Source: Octopus vulgaris (taxonomy: Eukaryota). From it: a stretch of DNA of 64,000 nt. Below the pieces are notes generated by a model that saw only the letters and a program-made list of their open reading frames with translations, did not search any database and was not told where the DNA came from. This document shows, piece after piece, positions 54,515 through 64,000 of the stretch. Position numbers and translations under genes: made by a program. Numbering within the stretch: the stretch's first letter is position 1; each line of letters begins with the position of its first letter. The stretch spans positions 3,100,001 to 3,164,000 of the forward strand of contig OX597839.1 of NCBI GenBank assembly GCA_951406725.2, in the 5' to 3' direction.

Positions 54515-54659
54515 GAATAATGAAACAAATCAACCATAGTAGTTTTTCTTTTTAAGTCTTATACTTATATAATATCGTCATTTATTTTTTTGCCGAACCG
54601 CTAGGTTAGGGGGGGGGGCATAAAGAATGCAACAACGGTTGTCAAGTGCTTGGAAAAAC

Positions 54660-54975
54660 ACAAACACACACACACTCATTTTCACACACACATACTCGTA
54701 CACACACCCATTCTCACTCACACATACTCACACACACTCTCATTAACACACACACTCTCCTTCTCACACACACACACACTCATTTTCGCACAAACATACT
54801 CATACACACATTCATTCTCACTCACATACTCACACACACTATCATTAACACACACACTCATTCTCACACACACACTCATTTTCACACACACATACTCATA
54901 CACACACTCATTCTCACTCACACATACTCACACACACACTCTCATTCTCACACACACACACTCATTCTCTCTCTC

Positions 54976-55030
<55 letters not shown>
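54660..55030. repeat. CA-derived minisatellite
   Basis: Recurring cacacactcattttc/cacatactca units. Confidence 0.8.
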
Positions 55031-55034
<4 letters not shown>

Positions 55035-55249
55035 CACACATACATACAAACACATGCACGTCGTGGTTCCACATACTTTCCGTTTTGTTAAACTGAATAC
55101 AACAGAAATATGTCCAAGTTTTGTATCGATAAATGTCTGAAGACCAACATAGGGTAAGAACGAATTGGAACCAGAAAAGCGAAACACACTAACTTTCTAA
55201 AGGAATTTGAACCGAGTTTCTTTTGCTTTACCCTTAATTGTTCCATACT

Positions 55250-55381
55250 CAGTCCCACTGCATGGTACCTTGGGTTTGTGTATTCTACTATATCGTCGGG
55301 CTGGCTAAAGCCTTGTGAGTAGGTTTGGTAGACAGAAACTGAAGGAACCCCGTCGAGCATACACACACAAACACACCATAT

Positions 55382-55412
<31 letters not shown>

Positions 55413-55553
55413 TATGTGTGTGTGTGTGTGTGTGTGTGAGCGTGTGTGTGTCTGTGATTGTGTGTGTATTTGTCTAGCCCCACCACTTGGCAGCCGGTGT
55501 TGGTTTGTGTAATACTAACTCTAACCCCGTCGAGTATATAGACACAAACACAT

Positions 55554-55584
<31 letters not shown>

Positions 55585-55770
55585 AAGTGTATGTGTCTGT
55601 GATTGTGTGTGTATTTGTCTAGCCCCACAGCTTGACAACTGGTGTTGGTTTGTGTACGTGTTTACGTCCTCGTAACTTAGCGGTTCAGCAAAAGAGACTA
55701 TAGAATAAGCAGTAGGCTTTAAAAAAAATAAGTACTGGGGCCAATTCGTCCGACTAAAATTCTTCAAGGC
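55250..55770 (+). mobile_element. Diverged SINE family A with internal duplication
   Basis: tgtgattgtgtgtgtatttgtctagcccc occurs twice (about 55453 and 55598). Confidence 0.7.
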
Positions 55771-55799
55771 AGCAAAAGAGAAAATGTGGTGATGGTGGT

Positions 55800-56140
55800 G
55801 ACCCCCTTCGGTCAGACACTGACCATGGGTTTGCACCTAGAGAGTTACCCTCTGAGGCACAAGTCTGGGCAAGGTGTTTTTTTTTTAAGGAAGACCAGCA
55901 GTCGCCCATGCATACCGGCCTCCTCTCTCCACGTCACCGATGTTGTCCAAGGGAAAGGCAAGGGCCGATACAGCTTGGCACCTGTGACGTCGCAACTCAT
56001 TTCTACAGCTGAGTGAACTGGAGCAACGTGAAATAAAGTGTCTTGCTCAAGAACACAACACGCAGCCCGGTCCGAGATTCGAGCTCACAACCTCACGATC
56101 GTAAGCTCGACGCTCTAACCACTGAGCCACGCGCCTTCAC
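55800..56140 (-). mobile_element. SINE head B + tail Y
   Basis: Co-linear with 30275-30610. Confidence 0.88.
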
Positions 56141-57111
56141 AAAGAGAAAATGTAAAAGACAGATTTAAGAACATGTACAACACCGATATTCCGGACCATC
56201 GATGATGGTCTCTTATAAACCGCACTATTTTATACTAATGTACGGATACCTACATTTAATTCAATTAATTAATTAAATTCAATATTCATTTAATCGAGCG
56301 TGTTATGACCAAAATGACCGTACCAGGTTCGGGAAAAATCAATAATCTGGAATGGCGTTGAAATCAAAGGTCTGAGAAAATCGATATTGCACCAGTTAGT
56401 TTCTGCTGAAATGGATGAGAGGTGCTCTGTGTCTGAAAAGACAGCACTGGCTTTTGGTAAGCTATTTGCATTTAGTCAATAGATATGGTTTAAGTATGTT
56501 TATTTATCAGTTTAATAACAAATTTCTCTTGTATATTTATCAGAAGTCATTTCGTTTGCTCAGCTGATTTAAAATGGCTTCTGCTGCAGCTTTATTTTCT
56601 TGTAGAACTGTTATCGCATGTCCTGAAGATTCTTTGGCAGAAGAGTCGCGATAACTATTGAACTTTCTTATCTCTCCGGCTTTTATCTTCTACTCTTCCT
56701 CTATCTACAATAGGGCATTTAAGATCTTTGCTCATATCTCTGTGTTTCTGTTTCTCTCTTTCTCTCTCTTTCTCTCTCTTTCTCTCTCTTTCTTTATATC
56801 TCTTGCCTGTCACTCTCTTTCTCCTCGTTCTTGCTTTAAATACACTCTGGAGAACTCATTTGCATAACGCTTCATTTTTATTAGATAAATTTCCTACTGT
56901 TCATACACAAACTGACACACACACATTTTTACAGCAGACAGACACACACACACATATACACACACACAAACCCAATATTTTCATAAGTGTTCTATCCCCA
57001 TTTTTTCATTGAAATTTTATAGAGTGGGGTCATCTAATTACTAAAACTCATTCATTTTTTTTCTCATTATATATCATTACATATATTATATTAAAAAATA
57101 AAAATAAACGT

Positions 57112-57339
57112 TTCCTTCTCGATCCATGCTAGGCTCATGAGGGCTGGTTTCCCGGTTTCAATGGCATATATATTCCCCAACTGGACGGGTACTCATTTTT
57201 TGTCAGCTGAGTGGACTGGAGAAACGAGAAATGAAGTGTTTTGCTCAAGAATACAATGCGTCATCCCGTCGAGGAATCGAAATCACAATCTTACGATCAT
57301 GAGTCCAACATCCTAACCACTGAGCCACGCGCCTCCACT
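57112..57339 (-). mobile_element. SINE head B + tail Z
   Basis: Minus head ggaggcgcgtggctcagtggttagg; distinct 3' part. Confidence 0.8.
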
Positions 57340-57919
57340 GTTATATTACGTTATATTATATTATATCATATCATATTGTACTATATTAATATAATATAAT
57401 ATTGGTTTCAAATTTTGGCACAAGGTCAGGAAGTTCGGTGGAGGGAGTAAGTCGATTACATTGACCTCAGTACTCAAGTGGTACTTGTTTTATCGATCCG
57501 CGAAAGGATGAAAGGCAACGTTGACCGTGCCAGAATTTGAACTCAGAACATTGAAGACGGACGAAACACCGCTAAACATTTTACCCGGCGTACTAACGAT
57601 TCTGCCAGCTCACCACCTTATCATATCATATCATGTATATACTTATATAATGAAATATATTCACCGAGAAGGTGGCGAACTGACAGAATTGATAGAACAT
57701 CGTGAAAATACTTCCTGTTCAGTACGTTCGAATTCCTCTGAGGTCGACCTTATCTGTCATTCGTTCACCATCATCATCAGCAGCAGCACCAGAATACTCA
57801 GCCATTTAGCTAACCCAAAATGTCTGGTAGCTCAGTTGATTGTATGAGTGGAAATTTATGAAATTTATGGTCGTAAAATTTGATCGAAGTTAATTTTAAA
57901 AGTGCAAATTATTTAAGAG

Positions 57920-58410
57920 AAAGGCAATTTTTGGCATTTTTTCAAAGAGAGAATCGTTGGAATGGTTTCGTGAGTAAAATGGAGACTTACATCGTTTGAA
58001 ACAAAACTACCAACGGCGACATAAAATTTAATATTTCATTAATGGAGTCGATGGCTAAAAAACATTTATATCGGCCAACACTTTGATGATGTTAAAAAGA
58101 TGATTCAAAATGTAAATGCTTTGGATATCATGGAAAAACAGATCACATTTTGCGGCGAAGAAATACTGTGATGTTGAGATATAATTTTTATGGCTACTTT
58201 CAAAAGAATGGAATTAGTTTTGCAGATTTTGTGGCAGAATTAAAACCAAAATCGTTAAACTGTGGCTTCAGACATATAGAGATACAAATATTACAGAAGC
58301 ATATTGATTGTGGACACATTTGCGAAAAATATGCAACGAGTTTCTATGAAAGAAACTAACCCAACACTAGAAAAAGCGTTGAAGATTGGCATAACTGGTG
58401 AAGAGCGCCG
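57920..58410 (+). pseudogene. Decayed Gypsy-type gag remnant
   Basis: RYNFYGYFQKNGISFADFVAELKPKSLNCGF...HIDCG fits the R..F....Q..GES..DF..EL......C.F gag pattern. Confidence 0.6.
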
Positions 58411-58589
58411 TTAGAACCTTTTCAAATTTGTTGGGAGAAAAGCTTAATGTTAAAGATTCAAGTGTCGAAACTGTGCAGAGAAAGAATAAAATATTATATA
58501 GGAATGAAAAATGATATCGTAAAGCTACAAATCGTACGAAGAACGAAAAACTCTAGAAAGTAATGGCACATACATACAAACGTAACTAG

Positions 58590-58730
58590 ATACTCGTTAC
58601 TAGTTTTTCTTGAATCACCGATAGTGCTTCACCAGTTGGGACTTTGGTGAACAGGCTTATCACATCTAGACTCACCATCTGGTTGGATTCAATGGGGGTG
58701 TCCTTGATCAATTCTGTGAAGTGTGTCGGA
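58590..58730 (-). pseudogene. Penelope-like RT fragment
   Basis: HFTELIK...MVSLDVISLFTKVPTGEALSVIQEKL (SxDVxSLFTxVP motif). Confidence 0.8.
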
Positions 58731-58937
58731 AGTAAAAGAATTTGAACAACACCTGCGTTTAACTCCATTTATTTATTTATATATAATGTACAAAATATTT
58801 CACCTAAACCCGAAGTTTCCACCTTTAAAAACAAGGAGTTACAGCCTTTTTACTTGTGTGATTTTTTTCTACCCTGGTAACTATTTATTTATTTTTTCCG
58901 TGTTAATAGTTAACAAGGGAAAATACACACATCTATA

Positions 58938-59231
58938 TATATATAGATGTATTTTCAAGGCAGCGGATTCGCGGTCGTAGGATCGCGGTTTCGATTCCCG
59001 GGCGTTGTGAGTGTTTATTGAGCGAAAACACCTAATTCTCCACGCGGCTCCGGCAGGGGGTGGTGATCCCTGCTGTACTCTTTCGCCACAACTTTCTCTC
59101 ACTCTTTCTTCTGTTGGCCTGCTTGCTTAGCCAGCGGGGTGGCGTCATTTGAAGGCTAAAACAATGCGAAGCGCATTGTGACCAGCGATGTGTAACAACA
59201 TCTGATAGCCTGGTCGGTCACGGTGATCACG

Positions 59232-59236
<5 letters not shown>
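58938..59236 (+). mobile_element. SINE head C + tail W
   Basis: B-box-like gtttcgattccc; head shared with 62957-63133. Confidence 0.82.
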
Positions 59237-59285
<49 letters not shown>

Positions 59286-59651
59286 TATGTTTGTATGTAT
59301 ATGTATGTATGTATGTATGTATGACGGCCTCTTTCTGTTTCCGTCTACCAAATCCACCCGAAAGGATCCGGCCGGCTTGAGACGATAGTAGAAGACACTT
59401 CCCCAAGGCTGTATTCAACCTGGAACCATGTGACTGACTAGCAAACTTCTTAAAACACAATGGCACCCACTCCGTCTATCATAGGTGATTTCAGCTATGT
59501 CTAACGTGTTGTAAATATTGAAACCAGAATTTTGGCCTGGAAATAATTTTGTAATTGTGACGCTACGGCCTGCAAACCTCGTTACAGACCATGGTCGCTA
59601 ATTCAACTATGTTTATATTTTCAATTTTTGTGTGCGTATATATTCATAGAT

Positions 59652-59683
<32 letters not shown>

Positions 59684-60073
59684 TCACACTCACACATGTG
59701 TATGTGTCTATGTATATATAAACAGATGTATGTATATATGTATATACACACGTGTGCGTATATATATATGTACGTATATGTATATACATATATAATTATA
59801 TATATAAATATATTTATATATATATATATATGTACATATATTTACATGTATCTACATATACGTATATACATGCATGTACATATATGTTGATGCATGTAAA
59901 TATATATATATTTAATATTTAATATATATATATATTTACGTACATACATATATTTACATGTATCTGTATATATGTGTATACATACATGTACATATATGTG
60001 GATGCATGTAAATATGTATATATATTTAATATATATATATATATTCACATATATATAAATACATCTAATTATT

Positions 60074-60114
<41 letters not shown>

Positions 60115-60234
60115 AATCCAAACGGGAAAACAAAAAAAACAACAACAATGGAACAATTACAGTATTATTATTAATAGGCGCTCAGGAAATATGATATATA
60201 TATATATATATATACACACACAATAAATATGCAA

Positions 60235-60270
<36 letters not shown>

Positions 60271-60577
60271 TCACACAATGAATAAGCGTCTCTCAGATGT
60301 TCGTTCGACCCCATCCCGTTCCAAAGCAATTAGCCAAGTAGAAATAAACGACCGAAGCAGTTTTTTTTTTAAATAACATCATATCAGGAACGCTAATGTA
60401 ATTTTCCTTAAACGTCAAGATCAGTCTCTACGCCATTACCGAAAATATTAATTGCAGCACTTACACTAAAATAATGGTTTTTAATTATAAGAACCACCAT
60501 ATGTATATCAGACAACGGACAAACTCTTATGGTATGGTATATGTGTTTGTGATTTCGAAGTTCGCTGCAACAGCCGA

Positions 60578-61266
60578 GGGATCTTTTCGGTTTGAACGGC
60601 AGTTTTTAAAAATAATTTCCACGTAACTAAACACTTAAACTTCGTATACTGGTAGAATGTGTTTATAAAACATCTTTTTCTCTTGGCTTTATTGAGAAAA
60701 TTCTATAGTTTGTAAGATATTTGTTGTTGTTTTTCTTCAATTTCTGCAATTTCAACCAATCAATGACGTCTATTGAGGTGAAAACATTCTGTGCCGTATG
60801 AATATGTCCCTCGTTTAAGAAACAGATTGGGTTTATTTACATTTCTGAAGAAAAAAGATACCCCACCAACCCTAATCCTAACCCTAACCCTAACTAACCC
60901 TAACCCTAACTAACCCTAACCCTAAAACAGATTGAAATGCAATAGATCGATACTAAGGTCATAATTATGGGTGACAATTTCATATGACACCGCTAGAAAA
61001 AACTGCCGTTCAAATTTCTTCAGAAATTTAAATAAACCCAATCTGTTTCTTAAACGAGGGACATATTCATACGGCACAGAATGTTTTTTATCTCAATAGA
61101 CGTCATTGATTGGTTGAAATTGCAGAAATTGAAGAAAAACAACAACAAATATCTTACAAACTATAGAATTTTCTCAATAAAGCCAAGAGAAAAATATGTT
61201 TTATAAACACATTCTACCAGTATACGAAGTTTAAGTGTTTAGTTACGTGGAAATTATTTTTAAAAA
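60578..61266. mobile_element. MITE-like element carrying (CCCTAA)n with an added 250-bp inverted duplication
   Basis: TIR tttgaacggcagttttt (60591-60607)/aaaaactgccgttcaaa (60998-61014); telomeric repeats 60868-60926; 61015-61266 is the reverse complement of 60603-60853. Confidence 0.75.
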
Positions 61267-62039
61267 GTCTAAAGTAAATTCATTCCTTTCGTCTCAATTT
61301 CTCCTCCTTCATAGTCCCTGACACTAAGTAGCTACTTGCCTTTTGGGGGACTTTCTTATAAAATAAAGGTTACTTCCCTTTGAGAGCGTAACAGTCAAGT
61401 ACATGTCATGACAGGCAGAAAAGAAAAATTATAGATCATCTCCATTACCACTATCCTCATCATCATGAACATCATCACCACCACCACCACCACCACCATC
61501 ATCAACATCACCACATCCACCATCACTACCAACACCACCATCAGTAGCACCAGCAGCAGTATTATCAGTAAATTTCCCTAAGAGGTAATTCTCTTCATTT
61601 AACATCAACTTTTATCTCTAGAAAATAAAATTTCCATTAAAAAAAGGAAAAAAATTTCCACCGGGGAAAACTAATTTTAGATTGAAATCCAGATAGAAAT
61701 TTTTTTAGAATGAGAAAAAAAAAAACCTTGTTAAAATGAAATTCTAATAGAATCAACAGAAATTAAGAAATATTTCTCAACGTCTGTTAATGTGGATAAA
61801 ATGTTAAGTTCATATTTCGTGTTTTAGCGGTTTCTTACAGAGTTATCTGGAGGTTCTATATTTAAAACAGTAAATGACACGAATATAAACGGGGAAAGAT
61901 GTACTCTTTAGTCGTGTCATCGTTGTCGTAGTTACTTTCTTTAGACTCATACCCCTAGCAACTTAACCACGCATCTTCACACAGAGTTGATACGAGTCTG
62001 TTCTACTATCGGCACAAGTTCCGAATTTCTTGGGGAGAG

Positions 62040-62390
62040 ACCATTCGATTAGATCAACCCCAGTACGCAACTGGTACTTAATTTATCGACCCCGAAAAGA
62101 AGCAAAGTCGACCTCGGCGGAATTTGAACTCAGAACGTAGCGGCAGACGAAATACCTATTTCTTTATTACCCACAAGGGGCTAAACATAGAGAGAACAAA
62201 CAAGGACAGACAAACGGATTAAGTCGATTATATCGACCCCAGTGCGTAACTGGTACTTAATTTTATCGACCCCGAAAGGATGAAAGGCAAAGTCGACCTC
62301 GGCGGAATTTGAACTCAGAACGTAGCGGCAGACGAAATACCGCTAAGCATTTCGCCCGGTGTGCTAACGATTCTGCCAGCTCACAGCCTC
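62040..62390 (-). mobile_element. SINE family D with partial tandem duplication
   Basis: aaagtcgacctcggcggaatttgaactcagaacgtagcggcagacgaaatacc at about 62104 and 62289; another copy on plus at 62505-62640. Confidence 0.85.
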
Positions 62391-62406
62391 ATAATAATAA
62401 TAGCAA

Positions 62407-62435
62407 CTAGCTGAACCCGTGAAAAATTCACGGAA
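62407..62435 (-). mobile_element. Helitron-type 3' terminus
   Basis: Minus strand hairpin ccgtgaatttttcacgg followed by CTAG|T. Confidence 0.5.
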
Positions 62436-62754
62436 AACACTAAAAATGTAAGCATCTGTAAACAGTGTACTGGTGCCATGAGAAATGTTTGTATATTATA
62501 ACCGTCAGTCTTTACATTCTGAGTTCAAATTCTGCCGAGGTCGACTTTGCCGTTCGTCCTTTGGAGTCGATAAATTAAATAACAGTTGTGTACTGGGGTC
62601 GATCTAATTAACTAGCCCACTGCTCACAAAATTTCAGGCCTAGAAAAGTATATTGTGACAGTTACAGAATATAGAAAGTAATGTAACACTAATGACTGTG
62701 TAATCCAAACAAAATATGTTACACCAACGTAAACGGAATTACCATTTGGATGGA

Positions 62755-63133
62755 AGCACTCCGTCGGTTACGACGACGAGGGTTCCGGTTGATCCGAATC
62801 AACGGAACAGCCTGCTCGTGAAATTAACGTGTAAGTGGCTGAGCACTCCACAGACACGTGTACCCTTAACGTAGTTCCCGGGGATATTCAGCGTGACACA
62901 GAGAGTGACAAGGCCGGCCCTTTGAAATATAGGTACAACAGAAACAGGAAGTAAGAGTGAGAGAAAGTTGTGGTGAAAGAGTACAGCAGGGTTCATCACC
63001 ATCCCCTGCCGGAGCCTCTTGGAACTTTAGGTGTTTTCGCTCAATAAACACTCACAGCGCCCAGTCTGGGAATCGAAACCGCGATCCTATGACCGCGAGT
63101 CCGCTGCCCTAACCATTGGGCCATTGCGCCTCC
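62755..63133 (-). mobile_element. SINE head C + tail X
   Basis: Head matches 58938-59100; tail matches 23980-24150. Confidence 0.85.
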
Positions 63134-63204
63134 ACAGGAATTACCATTTAACCTTATTCGAAGAACCTTCTTGGTTTAGTGATACGGAACGTTTTTTCTG
63201 GTAT

Positions 63205-63420
63205 TCTTTTATTCTTTTACTTGTTTCAGTCATTTGACAACGGCCATGCTAGAGCATCACCCTTTAGTCGAAGAAATTGACCCCTGGACTTATTCCCTGT
63301 AAGCCTGGTGCTTATTCTATCAGTCTTTTGTGCTGAACAGCTAAATTACAAAGACGCAAACGCACCACCATTGGTGTGGAGCAACGGTGATGGTGGGACA
63401 AACACAGACACAAACACACA
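63205..63420 (-). mobile_element. SINE family A, 3' half
   Basis: tcttttacttgtttcagtcatttgac tail. Confidence 0.8.
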
Positions 63421-63488
63421 TACATACATACGTACATAAATACATACATACATACACACATACATAAATACATACATACATACATACA

Positions 63489-63524
<36 letters not shown>

Positions 63525-63534
63525 TATGCGTAAA

Positions 63535-64000
63535 TTAACTCACTGGGAGGGAGCAACTTCACATTATCACCTTCTTTTTTTAGTAGTCCTTGGAATTTCT
63601 TTAAATCTTCCTTCATTATTACAATGTTTTTACAGGAGCGAGTTGCTGCACTCGCAAAATTAATTTTTGACTTTTCCTCTTGTTTAGCCTCGCTAGACAT
63701 CTTGTCGTCTGCCTTTGTAACGAGCGCGTGCGACGCCTCTATACTTTTACCTTTCTCCTCCCTCATTTCGTCTCTACGTCTTCACACAAAATTTCGAAGT
63801 TTTCCTCGGACTCGGAAGAAATTGGTGGCAAATTCATGTTTTTCGCCGCTTCCCCCTTGAAACAAGGGGGCAACAACAGCAAAACTCTGCTGCAACAGCA
63901 GAAAAGAAGTGGTCTTCAAGACCAAAACAGCAAATTTTCACAATTTTCAGCACAAAAACAATCTTTCACTGCGGAGCAAAGAATAACACGACCGATAACG
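63535..64000 (-). pseudogene. L1/Tx1-like 5'UTR and ORF1 N-terminus, related to the 14-16 kb element; runs off the window
   Basis: KKFQGLLKKEGDNVKLLPP resembles NKYHGMVKKDGSNIKMTLP (ORF 15582-15779); T-rich UTR like 33290-33420. Confidence 0.55.

Noticed and set aside
60868-60926. True telomere or chromosome fusion site
   Set aside because: Only about 60 bp, one orientation, enclosed by inverted termini

Overview
AT-rich, microsatellite-saturated eukaryotic non-genic DNA. The SINE families, repeat landscape and TTAGGG repeats suggest an octopus/coleoid cephalopod genome (inference). No host protein-coding gene can be supported; nearly all listed ORFs are simple-repeat translations. The interpretable content is mobile DNA: tRNA-derived SINEs of several modular families; fragments of L1/Tx1, RTE, R4/Dong-type, Penelope-like (PLE), Gypsy and mariner elements; Helitron-type elements; and MITEs. 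The main signal is a hammerhead-ribozyme (HHR) retroelement system. (1) A near-perfect 360-bp tandem array (21800-23799, about 1.4 inverted plus 4.2 direct units between TA tracts) carries one type I HHR per unit with a variant CCGAUGA core, i.e. a retrozyme-like array. (2) A 3.3-kb inverted-duplicated element (14064-17398) combines L1/Tx1-ORF1-like coding remnants with a related HHR and a direct terminal repeat. Both share a roughly 200-nt structured RNA module downstream of the ribozyme with compensatory base changes, and they end at nearly the same position. Several further canonical and variant HHRs lie in PLE-type termini. Family assignments come from motif recognition by eye, not database searches, and boundaries of decayed elements are approximate.
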